Notes under the pieces: model-generated
Database searches by the model: none
What the model saw: only the letters and a program-made list of their open reading frames with translations
What the model was told of the DNA's origin: nothing
Made by a program: the position numbers and the translations under genes
From: a virus
Lineage: Duplodnaviria > Caudoviricetes
Strand: one strand, 5' to 3'
Virus record (IMG/VR): IMGVR_UViG_3300036864_000252
Span: 1-41,927 of that record
DNA length: 41,927 bases
In this document: in pieces, positions 10,050-20,320 of the stretch
How positions within the stretch are numbered: position 1 is the stretch's first letter
Layout: each line of letters begins with the position of its first letter

Positions 10050-11141
10050 TTAGTTGGACTGAATGCCCGTTAGTTTACCCTGACGCCGAGGCTGTCGGCA
10101 GTAGTAGTTACCGGCAAACAACAGCACGCCCAGCTCACCGTTCTGGTTGATCGAATTCATGAAGTCGCGCCATTGGAACGCCGCCGGGTTCGGATTGCTC
10201 TTGAGCGTACCCTCGGTGATCTTGATGTTGCAGTCAATATTACGCAGATTGTCCTGAAGCAAACGGGAACCCTTGAGCCAGTATTCGTTAGCCCAGAAGA
10301 ACGTTTGGGCGGTAGCCTGGTTATCGGCGACTAGGGGACGGTTACGGTAGGTGATGCTGTTAAAGCCAGCTGCCCCGCCCAGAACTGGATCACTCGGACG
10401 GACGCTCGTACCGATCGGTATGCCGCCGGAGACACGATCGTATCCTTTGGTCTGAGTCGTCTCATACCGGGCACCGAGCATCACCTGGATGATACCCTCG
10501 ATGTAGCGCCATACTGCCGGCTGCATGAGCCCCATAGTTGGAACTGATTCATTGTTGCCAGCGGCTGAAACGTTGTCGGCCTCAGAGCTCAAGTAATCCA
10601 GGGTGATAATATTGCTGGCTACGGCAGTGACATCAGCATTGACGCCCGGGTAAGCGCTACGGCTCAAGTCGCCATAGCTGGCAGTATTCTGGCCAGCGTC
10701 AAAGATGAGACCAAACCCGTCGATGTCCTTACCAAGACCAAATCCATAAATCTGAGTTCCTAGCGCCATAGCAGCGGCAATCTTGCCCTCATCCATCTTC
10801 TGCAGAATCAGTGAAATTGCTTGAGCTCCCTTAGAGGCGTTGACGGCCCGATCAAGACCGGGCACCACGATTGACTGGTAATAAGCGGCCGGGTGAAAGA
10901 CCATTTTTACCGTGTTGGCGGTATTAGCGGTCGAGAACTCATCCATGCCAGAATAGCTCGCCCCGGTCGCCGAATTAGCAGTTGTCAGACTTGACCAGAT
11001 AGTTGGACCAGTCCAGGTTTCAGGCTGGTTGAATCCGCGAGCCCACAGGATGTTCGAATTGTTAACATTATCTACTAAAGTTGGCAGAATACGCTGATAA
11101 GTAAAATCCTGTATCTGCTGTTGGAAACTGATGCCTGCCAT
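10050..11141 (-). CDS. Major capsid protein
   Basis: 363 aa; follows portal and scaffold; GF.SITYRNRPLVAD and C-terminal PRRQGKLTGI motifs; AAGGAG RBS. Confidence 0.8.
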   Translation of the reverse strand: MAGISFQQQIQDFTYQRILPTLVDNVNNSNILWARGFNQPETWTGPTIWSSLTTANSATGASYSGMDEFSTANTANTVKMVFHPAAYYQSIVVPGLDRAVNASKGAQAISLILQKMDEGKIAAAMALGTQIYGFGLGKDIDGFGLIFDAGQNTASYGDLSRSAYPGVNADVTAVASNIITLDYLSSEADNVSAAGNNESVPTMGLMQPAVWRYIEGIIQVMLGARYETTQTKGYDRVSGGIPIGTSVRPSDPVLGGAAGFNSITYRNRPLVADNQATAQTFFWANEYWLKGSRLLQDNLRNIDCNIKITEGTLKSNPNPAAFQWRDFMNSINQNGELGVLLFAGNYYCRQPRRQGKLTGIQSN

Positions 11142-11162
11142 ATAGTATGGTCTCCTTAGCGC

Positions 11163-11246
11163 TTATATAAAAAAGCCCCCGGCTATTGGGGGACTACATG
11201 CACGTGTCTAAGACCAAGAGTAGCATAGCTAAAAATGTAAATGCAA
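11163..11246 (-). promoter_or_regulatory. Conserved leader copy 2, upstream of the major capsid gene
   Basis: TTGCAT-18bp-(TGC)TACTCT, 6 nt, TAGACAC (11210-11204), AGTCCCC/GGGGGCT hairpin, TTTTTATATAAG. Confidence 0.75.
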
Positions 11247-11423
11247 GCTTTTTCGGGTTTCAGCGGCCTTTTTCAATTTCGTCTAAGAACTTCTTAACCT
11301 GTTGGGCGGCACTTGAAAAGTCCGCCGGCAAGGTAGCAAGCCGCAGCTTGTCGGCCAGAGCTCGGCCCTCGGCCTCGGTCATAAGATCCTTTTCAATCAG
11401 CAGAGCTATAATCGTATTCAACA

Positions 11424-12365
11424 TTACTTAGCTCCCGAGCCGACGAACTGCTCGAACTCCCTGGCCAGCTCGTTTATGTTTGTAACCCGCTTGTTGGAAA
11501 CCGTTTTGCTATCGGCCGAAGTGCCGCCCGATGAAGCTAGCTTGCCGGCAACCTTTCGGCGAGCCGCATCCTCAGCCTTTTCGGCGGCTTTCGGGTTCGG
11601 GCCGTTGAGCATCACAAACGCTTCGCGGAACCCGATATGACGATAGGCTTTGCCGCCTTGAGCGGCTTTGCCGTAATTGTCATTCTGCTCATTCATGAAA
11701 GCGATGACTTTATCGAATTCCTTGGCACCCTCCGACTCGTTGAACTCTTTGCTGCCGGGAACACCTTTAAACTTGGGGAATATGCCCTCTTGCCGAAGCT
11801 CGGTCAAATCCTCGGCGATCGCCCGGTTTTCGCGCAGTACATACTCTTCGGTATCAGCCTGCATTTTCTGGTTTCGAAACTCCGACTGTAGCTCCTTGGC
11901 TCGGTTCTCTTGAGCTATGACCGACTGATTAAAGACTCCCTGCTCATACGGCGTGGCAAAACCCTTCATATCGCGCGGCAAATCACCGTAGCCATAGACC
12001 TCAACGGTCTTGACCTTATCATCAGCAGCTACAATACGAACTTGTATCTTTGACAAGTTCTGTAGAATATAGCTATTTTCATCAGTAGCTTGAGGTGTTT
12101 GCGGCGGCTTATCAGCGGCTGGCTTATCGTCATCATCGCTGCCAGAAGACGTGAAATAATCATCTTGATCCTCGTCCTCTTCTTCTTCACCAGGCTTTTT
12201 GTCGCCACCGGCCGGTGGTTCGTCACCGTCCGGAGCATCATCCGGTGGCACCGCAGGATTGTCACCTGGCGGCGTACCCCCATCAGGAGGCGTACCGTTA
12301 TCGTCAGGTTCATCCACCTGTAAGTCCGGTGGCAGATCGTTAATAACATCTTTAAGCTCTGGCAT
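11424..12365 (-). CDS. Capsid scaffolding protein (putative)
   Basis: 313 aa; very acidic Pro-rich N-terminus, helical C-terminus; between portal and MCP. Confidence 0.7.
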   Translation of the reverse strand: MPELKDVINDLPPDLQVDEPDDNGTPPDGGTPPGDNPAVPPDDAPDGDEPPAGGDKKPGEEEEDEDQDDYFTSSGSDDDDKPAADKPPQTPQATDENSYILQNLSKIQVRIVAADDKVKTVEVYGYGDLPRDMKGFATPYEQGVFNQSVIAQENRAKELQSEFRNQKMQADTEEYVLRENRAIAEDLTELRQEGIFPKFKGVPGSKEFNESEGAKEFDKVIAFMNEQNDNYGKAAQGGKAYRHIGFREAFVMLNGPNPKAAEKAEDAARRKVAGKLASSGGTSADSKTVSNKRVTNINELAREFEQFVGSGAK

Positions 12366-12397
12366 GAGTAAGACCTCTATTTAATCACCCTAGTATA

Positions 12398-14632
12398 TCA
12401 GATAGGAGGGATAGCTGAAATACCGCTCGGGGTTTGAGCGTTGGCTGGATTCATAAGCGGCGTACCGTTAAAAATGCTTCCACCCATTCCCATGCCTGGC
12501 CCGGGCATAACACCGGGATTCCCGGACGGCGGTATCATTCCCGGCATTCCCGGCGGCATTTGCCCCGGCATCATCGGGCCAGGCATACCTGGTTGCATAC
12601 CCGGTACAGGCTGGCCACCAGGCATCTGCTGGCCCATGTTTGGCTGTGATTCGGGCTGCGGCTCAGGGATCGGCTGATCAGGCGCTATGCGGCCCATATC
12701 AAGCTCAGACAGCTGATCGAGCGACTGCCGCAGCTCGTACATATCCAGATACTCTTTGAGCCGATCATTGAAAGCTTTTTGGTACTTACGCTCAGCCTTT
12801 AAGTATTTATCTGTTAACATAAGTTTGCGCAATGTCAAAATAAAGTCTTTGGAAGCATCCTGTTTAAACAACGGCTCCTTGCCGTTTATGATGTCCAGGA
12901 ACTCGGCGTAAGCGTCACCATCGTCATAAGCATCGTTAGCATCCCGAACCAGTTCAAAGGGATCTTTTTGCTGTTTGGCCCAGTTATCGTACAGCTTCTG
13001 GGGATTCTCAAAGCCGGCGATCCGGTAAGCATCGATGAGCGCTAGTTGGTCGTTCTTGGCGAAATGCAAGGCCATCGCCTGCTCCCGGTTCTTGTCGAAA
13101 GCAATTGTCGAGCTGCCTTTGACATTGACGCTCATGCCGTCATCAAAGTAGTACCGCTTAATCACAATTCGCTCGTAACTTCCGTCGGCGTCCAAAAACG
13201 AAAAGAAATGATCCTCATCGTACCAGACAAACATCATCTGGGTTAACAGATTGAAGTACTTGTACAGCATCCGATCCAGCGCCCGGACAATCATATCCTG
13301 ACGGCCTTCAGCGCTGCTTTTCTTGAGCAACTGTTCGCCGAGCGTCGGATCATCGCTCGTCACATCAGCGCCGCCCTGCTCAGCCGGCACAGACATGACA
13401 CTGAACAGCTGGTTGCGCATATCCTGCTTATCCTGGACGACAAACTGCTTGACATCATGACCCGGTATCTGATGGATCACTTGATCAATCTGCGCGCCGG
13501 GCTGCTTCTTCTTCAGGTAAATCTTCTGATTCGGGCCGCCCGTCCAGTTCTCAGCATCTTCTTTGGTCAGCCCGGAGCCCTGACCATCTATGACCGTCGT
13601 ACCGTTGCTGCGCTCGGCATTGCGGCTGATCTGCCGGCCACGAACATTAAGCAGCTTCTGCATCCGGATACCATCGTCCAGCGGCGTTGAGAAGTCGATC
13701 CAATGCTTACCGTCATTCACTACATTCAACGGAATAATCGGCTTCATGGGCGTCTTGAGAAAGTTTTTGCGACCATGCAACCAGTTGATGTCCTGGTAAG
13801 TACCCAGCATCACGTCATTGTAGTAAATAGCCACTGCCTCCATCGGCTTGCCTTTGTCGCCGTAATAGGTAAACCAGACCTTTTTGGTCACTACTTCTTG
13901 GGTAATATTCTTGGGTCCGGGCCGCTTGATATTGACTGAATCAAATATCTCTTTGCGTTTTTCGGGAAAGATGTAGACAAGTTTTTCAATAGTATGTTTT
14001 TCGTAAACGGCTATAAAATCCGGATTCTCACCGAACTGGGCATTTTTGTCTACTACCAGTTCATCGCACGGCACGAACCGCGGCACAACCTCACCATGCT
14101 CCCCATAGTTCGGATCAAACTCCAGCATGACGTAAGCCGCCTGGTTAAGCATCCAAGACCGCACGCAAACTTCGATGATACCTCGCAGGTCAAATTCTAC
14201 AGAGTGAAGATTGTGGGCTTTTTCAAGATTGCTGGCAAACTTCTTGGCCTGGGGCGTATCGTCAGCCGGCGTGACCACTGACTGCGGTGAGCGAGCTGTT
14301 GCATAGGCCACAATGCTATCCACCGCACCGCGTATCTGATTCTCGATGTACGGTTCTTCTGATTCATAAAAGTCATTGGTATCAGCTTGAACCCCGAGGT
14401 ACATACGCAGGTTCTCACTGCGCCGCTGCTCCAGATCAAATCCATTGGTGTCATTGTAGTAGGTCTTGCTGTCTTCGATCCGTTGGTTAATGTTCTCAAT
14501 GAGTTTGTCGTCGGGAATATCCAGCGAAATGGGCGCAAACTGATCGATTACCCCATCCTCGTCAATGATGTTATCGACCCGGGTATCCGAGTAAGGGGTA
14601 GGAAATTTCAGATTCCCGTAAGGGTAGATCAT
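12398..14632 (-). CDS. Portal protein (podovirus/P22-like size)
   Basis: 744 aa between terminase and scaffold; helical core, P/G/M/Q-rich C-terminal tail. Confidence 0.75.
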   Translation of the reverse strand: MIYPYGNLKFPTPYSDTRVDNIIDEDGVIDQFAPISLDIPDDKLIENINQRIEDSKTYYNDTNGFDLEQRRSENLRMYLGVQADTNDFYESEEPYIENQIRGAVDSIVAYATARSPQSVVTPADDTPQAKKFASNLEKAHNLHSVEFDLRGIIEVCVRSWMLNQAAYVMLEFDPNYGEHGEVVPRFVPCDELVVDKNAQFGENPDFIAVYEKHTIEKLVYIFPEKRKEIFDSVNIKRPGPKNITQEVVTKKVWFTYYGDKGKPMEAVAIYYNDVMLGTYQDINWLHGRKNFLKTPMKPIIPLNVVNDGKHWIDFSTPLDDGIRMQKLLNVRGRQISRNAERSNGTTVIDGQGSGLTKEDAENWTGGPNQKIYLKKKQPGAQIDQVIHQIPGHDVKQFVVQDKQDMRNQLFSVMSVPAEQGGADVTSDDPTLGEQLLKKSSAEGRQDMIVRALDRMLYKYFNLLTQMMFVWYDEDHFFSFLDADGSYERIVIKRYYFDDGMSVNVKGSSTIAFDKNREQAMALHFAKNDQLALIDAYRIAGFENPQKLYDNWAKQQKDPFELVRDANDAYDDGDAYAEFLDIINGKEPLFKQDASKDFILTLRKLMLTDKYLKAERKYQKAFNDRLKEYLDMYELRQSLDQLSELDMGRIAPDQPIPEPQPESQPNMGQQMPGGQPVPGMQPGMPGPMMPGQMPPGMPGMIPPSGNPGVMPGPGMGMGGSIFNGTPLMNPANAQTPSGISAIPPI

Positions 14633-14639
14633 TGTTTAG

Positions 14640-14873
14640 TTACTTCTCTGTTACTTTGGTGATTCTGAACCGCGCCCGCGGCGTTTTCTCACCACCGCTG
14701 TAATCGTCATCCGCATCGATTGAAACCATTTTAGCGGTAACTTGTAAATCATAAGTATGTCCTATTTTCCAATCCTTTATAGCTGGCAAATCCTTAGCAT
14801 CGATCGACAGGCTGGGTTTAGGACGGTATTCCATCACATCCGCCGCTTTGTCAACCAACTTGCTCTTACGCAT
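14640..14873 (-). CDS. Small hypothetical protein
   Basis: Start adjusted to ATG 14873 (MRKSKLVDK...), overlapping the upstream stop; 77 aa. Confidence 0.55.
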   Translation of the reverse strand: MRKSKLVDKAADVMEYRPKPSLSIDAKDLPAIKDWKIGHTYDLQVTAKMVSIDADDDYSGGEKTPRARFRITKVTEK

Positions 14874-15060
14874 TGCGCTCACGTCCTTTCGCCGCCCACT
14901 TACCCATTTGCTTCTTGCCGTGCCGCCGATCACCGATCCAGGCAATGAGCGCATTACTCATGCCTTTTTTTTGCATCTGCTTAAACCGGCCACCCCCGCC
15001 CAGCTTATTGCTTTTGCCGTCAGTTTCACCCTTCTTCTTGATAATATCAGACGCTTGCAT
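14866..15060 (-). CDS. Small basic K/G/R-rich protein
   Basis: 64 aa; AAGGAG RBS; first gene behind leader copy 3. Confidence 0.65.
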   Translation of the reverse strand: MQASDIIKKKGETDGKSNKLGGGGRFKQMQKKGMSNALIAWIGDRRHGKKQMGKWAAKGRERNA

Positions 15061-15068
15061 AAAAGCTC

Positions 15069-15129
15069 CTTATATAATAAAACCCCTTAGCTAGCAAGGG
15101 ACTTTTTAGTGTCTAGAGTAAGTATACCA
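15069..15129 (-). promoter_or_regulatory. Conserved leader copy 3, upstream of the portal module
   Basis: TGG-TATACT, 5 nt, TAGACAC (15115-15109), AGTCCCTT/AAGGGGTT hairpin, TTATTATATAAG. Confidence 0.75.
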
Positions 15130-15136
15130 TCACCGC

Positions 15137-15400
15137 TCATGACTTCCAGTATAGCGTGATTTTGGCACCACAGGTGTGCTTATGCTGGCTCCAAGCGTCC
15201 GGGGCCTTGAGCTCCTCGGGCGGCAGACCAAAGTGGTTGCTAATTTCCATGAGCTCGGCATTGATCTCACAAAATGGATGACCGCAAGCCGGACAGTAAA
15301 TGCGTACTGGATAAGGCGGCCGAATCAACCGACGGTGCACAGTCATGAACCACCGGGCGCTTTTCTGGATTCCCCGGCGGGTATTGGTAAACTCGCTCAC
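15137..15400 (-). CDS. Zinc-ribbon protein (Mu Com-like arrangement)
   Basis: 87 aa; RIYCPACG...HKHTCGAKITL. Confidence 0.5.
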   Translation of the reverse strand: MSEFTNTRRGIQKSARWFMTVHRRLIRPPYPVRIYCPACGHPFCEINAELMEISNHFGLPPEELKAPDAWSQHKHTCGAKITLYWKS

Positions 15401-16917
15401 CCGATAATACTCCCGGTACTCCCAAAATAGCGAGACGAGTCAGTCACGGCTTTCACCAAGTTGTTCTGGTTGAATGGCTCCGGTCTATCCTTGGCATTAC
15501 TGTTCACAATGTACCCTTCAGCGTCATCGATAACCATAAGCGCATAAGTTGTGGAGTCAAAATCATGGTCGTCAGCTTTCTCGTCTATCTCCTCCGGCCG
15601 GGTCTTGGAATAGGGCAAAGTCGGAATGGTAGATATATTATTCAAACAATTGGTATGAAATTGCAAGTAGGGCATGCCGTCATCGGCTAAAGACAGCATC
15701 TGGTGCATCAAGGCGATCCGATGCATTTTAGCAGCGTGGTTCATAGAATCGGCCCGCACGTACGGCACATCGCTCTCGTCAAAGACGCTGGCGATCGTCC
15801 GGTTGCCGCCTAGGTGGCTAAAGCAATCATGCGGCAGGATCATGTACTCAATCGGTTCATCAGCAATAATGTCGGCGATAGTCCGCGCCCACCACTGCGG
15901 CGTCTTGCCGACCTCATGGATTTCCCGGTAGGCGTACAGATGTCGTATGCCATGCTCATTTTCTGGCGCGTAGGCCAACCACGTGGCCACTGCCGGATCA
16001 TGATACCCCCAGTCAAAGCCAATAAACTTGGTGCAGCTCTCCAGGTCTACCGGCAGCTTGCCGGTTATCACATGCAGGTCTTTGTCCCACTCGGTGTAGA
16101 CCCGGCCCATAAAGGTATTCCAGTCGCCTTTGAGGAGTGCCAGGCGCAGCTGCGGGTCCTTGATGGCATTCAGGTTACGCTTGTACTCCAGCTGGATGTG
16201 CTTGTTGGGATTGTCGGTTACGAACGCTGGTATAAATACCCGCGTACGAGTGTAGTGCTCACCGCTATCCGGGTCCTCATAGACCTCTTCGTACGGTACT
16301 TCCGGTACGTAATTAATACTCGGATCAAGCGATTCCAGAAAGCGCTCCTTAACCCAGTTATGGCCAATGTCTCCCGGGTTACTGGCAGACTTGATTCTGA
16401 GCGGCCGATCGTCGTCAGCTCGAACACGAGTTTTAAGGAAGTTGTACTCCTCCTCAGTAAACTGGGTCAACTCATCAATGAGCAGCTCATGAATTTCAAT
16501 CGAACTATAATTATATATATCAGCTGTGGTGTTAAGGTAGGCGAACTGAATAAACGAACCATTGGAAAACCGGAATATACTATCCTGAGAGTTATACTTA
16601 ATCGTCAGTGCCTTACCGTCTGGTAGCGTCGCCTTCATGTTATCTGGCAGCGCAATGTACGGCCCGATCTGCTTCATAATCGCCGGCAGCGTACCCTGAC
16701 GCAGGTTCTTCAATGTTTTACGAAAGAAAAATACCCGGTGACCCGGGTAGCGCAGACAAGAGCTGATAGCCTCGCCGCAGAGCGCCGTACTCTTGCCCGG
16801 CCCAGCCGCTCCGCCGAAGAAAGTCTCAAAGGCTGTTGAAGTATGGAACTTGATCTGACGTTCGCTGGGGCGATAGTCCGGCAGCGCAATCCTCACGCGC
16901 GGCTCCAGGGCTTCCAT
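15397..16917 (-). CDS. terL: Terminase large subunit
   Basis: Walker A GGAAGPGKS, Walker B LLIDELTQF, coupling motif ASNPG, nuclease GFDWGYHDP and DDHDFDS. Confidence 0.95.
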   Translation of the reverse strand: MEALEPRVRIALPDYRPSERQIKFHTSTAFETFFGGAAGPGKSTALCGEAISSCLRYPGHRVFFFRKTLKNLRQGTLPAIMKQIGPYIALPDNMKATLPDGKALTIKYNSQDSIFRFSNGSFIQFAYLNTTADIYNYSSIEIHELLIDELTQFTEEEYNFLKTRVRADDDRPLRIKSASNPGDIGHNWVKERFLESLDPSINYVPEVPYEEVYEDPDSGEHYTRTRVFIPAFVTDNPNKHIQLEYKRNLNAIKDPQLRLALLKGDWNTFMGRVYTEWDKDLHVITGKLPVDLESCTKFIGFDWGYHDPAVATWLAYAPENEHGIRHLYAYREIHEVGKTPQWWARTIADIIADEPIEYMILPHDCFSHLGGNRTIASVFDESDVPYVRADSMNHAAKMHRIALMHQMLSLADDGMPYLQFHTNCLNNISTIPTLPYSKTRPEEIDEKADDHDFDSTTYALMVIDDAEGYIVNSNAKDRPEPFNQNNLVKAVTDSSRYFGSTGSIIG

Positions 16918-17213
16918 TACGGATTGACCTGTCCCCAGGGAATACTGCCGTGTGCCGGCTCAATCACGGGCAATGGTGTTGTGCGCGGCAAGAAACCATA
17001 ATCCTCGGCTGCTTCCGGCGATGCTTCAATAAATTTTGGGTTCGGCTTGCCGTTGTGGTCGTAGGGCTGCAATATTTCAGCTGAGTGATCAAAGCGCTGC
17101 CGAGCATGATCGCCTTGCTTGAACATGGATTGCTGAGGGATGACCAACTTGTCTATTGGAACCTTTTCAGCTCTGTAGTAAACGCCGTTTTTGATATAGC
17201 CGGTGCTGCTCAT
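16917..17213 (-). CDS. Hypothetical protein
   Basis: 98 aa; stop/start-coupled to terL and to the upstream gene. Confidence 0.65.
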   Translation of the reverse strand: MSSTGYIKNGVYYRAEKVPIDKLVIPQQSMFKQGDHARQRFDHSAEILQPYDHNGKPNPKFIEASPEAAEDYGFLPRTTPLPVIEPAHGSIPWGQVNP

Positions 17214-17527
17214 CGTCCTAACTTGTCCAGTTCCTCACTAAGCTTCCGGTCTTTGTCCGCTTTGACCTGCCGCGGTGACTTGTCTGTCACGATTTGGGAA
17301 TCCTCTTCGTCTGCTGGAGTAGCGGTATGCTGACGCTCACGAATAAGATTTGGCGTCGTCTCTATGACCGCCGACTCAGGAAGTTCCACGGATTTGAAAC
17401 CCTCAACCCGAAGAATGAGCATATCCAGGCGTATGATAATAGCACGCCAAAAGTAGCCAATCGCCATGCCTGCAATGAAGCAAAACAGCTCGGCACCGAT
17501 GAATAGGTAAATGGCCCAGTTAGGCAT
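17210..17527 (-). CDS. Membrane-anchored hypothetical protein
   Basis: Start adjusted to ATG 17527 (MPNWAIYLFIGAELFCFIAGMAIGYFW); one N-terminal TM segment. Confidence 0.6.
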   Translation of the reverse strand: MPNWAIYLFIGAELFCFIAGMAIGYFWRAIIIRLDMLILRVEGFKSVELPESAVIETTPNLIRERQHTATPADEEDSQIVTDKSPRQVKADKDRKLSEELDKLGR

Positions 17528-17753
17528 CGGAAATCGCCTCCGGTCGCCTTCCCTGGACACATTTGAAATCAATGTTATTGACGATAATAGGGATGTAGGC
17601 ATACCTCCCATCAGCCAACTCAATAGTTGGATAGCCTTGCTGGGCGATCGTATCCCGCACGTCCTTGGAAAGTGTTTGCTCCACCATAGACCACTCTACA
17701 GCTTCCAAGAATAAGCAATCAGCTGCTTCAATAAATATCTTTTCTTCAGCCAT
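17520..17753 (-). CDS. Hypothetical protein
   Basis: 77 aa; GAGG RBS; overlaps the next start. Confidence 0.55.
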   Translation of the reverse strand: MAEEKIFIEAADCLFLEAVEWSMVEQTLSKDVRDTIAQQGYPTIELADGRYAYIPIIVNNIDFKCVQGRRPEAISDA

Positions 17754-17827
17754 CTGGATATACCTCTGCTAAATAGTCAGTGAATACCTGGGCAGTGATA
17801 TCAATCACTTGCTGGCTAAAAACTACG

Positions 17828-19402
17828 TTACCCACGTTTCGCCTCCCGATTATCAAAAGGCAGCAGCACGGTGGTCTTGATGAGCTCTGCCGCCACGCTG
17901 CAAGCATTGTTGACAATCTCTTTAATGACCATGGTCGGATCAACCACTCCGGCCTTTTTTAAGTCTATCAGCTTTTCGTCATCGGCCCGCAAATCATAAC
18001 CTTGCCATTCCTTAGCCGCCTGGACGTGCCACAGCGCCTTTTCAACATTGCGCCCGGCATTTTCCAAAAGCGCCCTAAAAGGCTGCTCAAAAGCTGTCTT
18101 AAAGGATATGGTGTCAGGCAGTCTGGCCAGTACCACGCCGCCACCCGGCACCACGCCATCTTTGATAGCTGCCTGGAGCGCGGCCACAGCATCCTCTACC
18201 CGAAGCTTGACCTCAGCCTGCTCGACTTCAGTGCTGCCGCCAACCCGTAGGATAGCAATCCGACCACTGAGCCGACCCAGCCTGGTGCGCACTGCCTCTT
18301 GCTCAATCGGAGACTGGGCCACCCGCAGCTCATCGGTTAGCTCATCGATGCGAGCCTGGAGCGCCGCTTCCTGCTCCTCGCTACGCTCAGCGTCGATTAT
18401 AGTGGTCGAGAATTCGTTCACCACCGCCTTGGCGGCTCCCAACATATCTACCGTAAAATCATTCGGATTAGAACCGCCGCTCAATACCTTAGCTCCGGTG
18501 TATAAGGCAACATCATCCATGAAGAGTGTCCGAAGCGCTCCGTAGTCCGGGCCATCAACGATCGTACAGGTTATGTGACCCTCCAGCCGGGCCTTGACCG
18601 CCACTGCCAGGGCTTCAGTTTGCACATTGCCAACAAGCAACAGCTCCCGAATATTGTTGCTGATGCACTTATCCAGAATCGGAGCAATGTCCCCTACGTT
18701 GGACAGTTCTTTTTCACATACCAGCACAAACACTTTGTCAAAGCGCGACTCAAGATTGCTTGGGTCAGTAAGGAGAGCGGCATTGGTGAATCCTTTTCTG
18801 AAGTAAAAGCCAGAGACAATGTCATTGTAAATACCGCTGCCACCAAAATTCTCAATGATCACGCCGCCATCGGCACCGATCTCCTGAACGGTATCAGACA
18901 CCAGGCTGCCTACCGCCTCGTCACTGGCGGATATGACCGCTACATCCCTGAGCAGTTCCGGTGTGGATGCTACCTTGAGCTTGTCGACATGCTCCACTAC
19001 CTCAGTCGCCGTAGCTTGCAGCCTGCGCGCAATGCTCATACGCGACTCTTTGGTGGACGCCAGCAAGGCTATGGCTTCCTGGTACAACGACCGGGCAAGG
19101 ATTACTGCTCCAGTCGTACCATCACCCACATGGACATTAGTTGAACGTGAAGCCTGAGTAATAATCCGAGCAGCCATGTTGATGCCCGGATCGGTAATAT
19201 GCAAATGATCGAGGTTAAATACCCCATCATGGCTGATCAGCGGATCGCCGTACTGCGACTCTATCGCCACATTGCCAGACCGCGGCCCAAAGGCAGCCTT
19301 AGCCACTTCATAGGCCAGCTCAACGCCCTGCTTAATGGTCTCCTGGGCTTTGTCGCCCATAATGGGCAGACGGGTGTTGGTGGCGAGTCTTGCGGGTTGC
19401 AT
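17828..19402 (-). CDS. groEL: Phage-encoded group I chaperonin GroEL
   Basis: FGPRSGNV, ISHDGV, VGDGTT, AILRVGGSTEVE, RVEDA, GVVPGGG, GVVDP motifs; AAGGAG RBS; no C-terminal GGM tail. Confidence 0.93.
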   Translation of the reverse strand: MQPARLATNTRLPIMGDKAQETIKQGVELAYEVAKAAFGPRSGNVAIESQYGDPLISHDGVFNLDHLHITDPGINMAARIITQASRSTNVHVGDGTTGAVILARSLYQEAIALLASTKESRMSIARRLQATATEVVEHVDKLKVASTPELLRDVAVISASDEAVGSLVSDTVQEIGADGGVIIENFGGSGIYNDIVSGFYFRKGFTNAALLTDPSNLESRFDKVFVLVCEKELSNVGDIAPILDKCISNNIRELLLVGNVQTEALAVAVKARLEGHITCTIVDGPDYGALRTLFMDDVALYTGAKVLSGGSNPNDFTVDMLGAAKAVVNEFSTTIIDAERSEEQEAALQARIDELTDELRVAQSPIEQEAVRTRLGRLSGRIAILRVGGSTEVEQAEVKLRVEDAVAALQAAIKDGVVPGGGVVLARLPDTISFKTAFEQPFRALLENAGRNVEKALWHVQAAKEWQGYDLRADDEKLIDLKKAGVVDPTMVIKEIVNNACSVAAELIKTTVLLPFDNREAKRG

Positions 19403-19583
19403 GGTTTACTGTCTCCTTAAAGTTTAGTTCTAATCCTGGCAGCTTGAGCTGCTTTATATCTGGCCGTAAATTGATCTTCTTATCCGGGTATTCACGCTTC
19501 AGCTCTTCGTACTCCTTAATGCTTGTGGCTAGAAAAGCAATCTCTCCGGGAGATGAATCCTGCTTAAACCCTTTGCGCTTCAT
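19332..19583 (-). CDS. Hypothetical protein overlapping the groEL start
   Basis: 83-aa ORF, co-oriented; 71-nt overlap makes its C-terminus doubtful. Confidence 0.4.
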   Translation of the reverse strand: MKRKGFKQDSSPGEIAFLATSIKEYEELKREYPDKKINLRPDIKQLKLPGLELNFKETVNHATRKTRHQHPSAHYGRQSPGDH

Positions 19584-19701
19584 TCTTGCGATTTCATCCG
19601 TTCCGTAGCTGTCTTCTTTTCAGTATTGTAGGCTCACTAACAGATATTTGAGGGTCATTGCTAATATCTGCAACTATGGTGGCATGCATGGTAATTTTCA
19701 C

Positions 19702-20103
19702 TTATTTTTCCACCCCACCAAACACTATCTTGTACATGTAATCTATAGGATCATCACTTATTACAGCCTGCTGAAGATGAAGCTTGTACGCAGAATAAGG
19801 TTGTGGATTCGTAAATTTACCTGATTTCATAATTCCGCTATGAGCTACTGACTTCTCCCCAAACAAAGCGCGGGCAAATTGGTGATTGAATATAACATGC
19901 TCCCAGACGAAGTAGTAATCCTCCCAGCCACAGATTAATAGTGAATCTTTGGGAACCCATGTTTCTACCACTTTTGGGGTCGGCATTTGACCACCGGCGA
20001 CAATGTACCAAGGCGGTATGGAATGCTTACGATGCTGGAACATATCCCACCCACCCTCAATAGCCTTCCGCACCAGCGCCTCTAGTTTTTCAGCTTGGGT
20101 CAT
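19702..20103 (-). CDS. Hypothetical phage protein
   Basis: 133 aa; IFNHQFARALFGE...YKLHLQQAVISDDPIDY pattern recalled from small phage proteins. Confidence 0.65.
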   Translation of the reverse strand: MTQAEKLEALVRKAIEGGWDMFQHRKHSIPPWYIVAGGQMPTPKVVETWVPKDSLLICGWEDYYFVWEHVIFNHQFARALFGEKSVAHSGIMKSGKFTNPQPYSAYKLHLQQAVISDDPIDYMYKIVFGGVEK

Positions 20104-20320
20104 TCAAAAATCCAATCAACTTATCAATATTATAGTCAAAGTTCTCCCTCGCCTCCTTAAGGATACTCACATAGTCCATATTATTGAACTCCTGATCCAA
20201 ATCAGTACTGACTTCAAGCACAGTCTTGATAATCTTCGCTCCAGCTTTGAGTTCAGGGTCAGGTATTTTCTTCTTGGCGAACTCACCCCATTGATCGTTT
20301 TTTTCAAGTAGGCTTGTCAT
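20090..20320 (-). CDS. Hypothetical protein
   Basis: 76 aa; coupled to both neighbours. Confidence 0.55.
   Translation of the reverse strand: MTSLLEKNDQWGEFAKKKIPDPELKAGAKIIKTVLEVSTDLDQEFNNMDYVSILKEARENFDYNIDKLIGFLNDPS

Noticed and set aside
12398-12680. P/G/M-rich repeat in the portal C-terminus as a novel element
   Set aside because: Low-complexity tails are common on podophage portals; no exact nucleotide repeat
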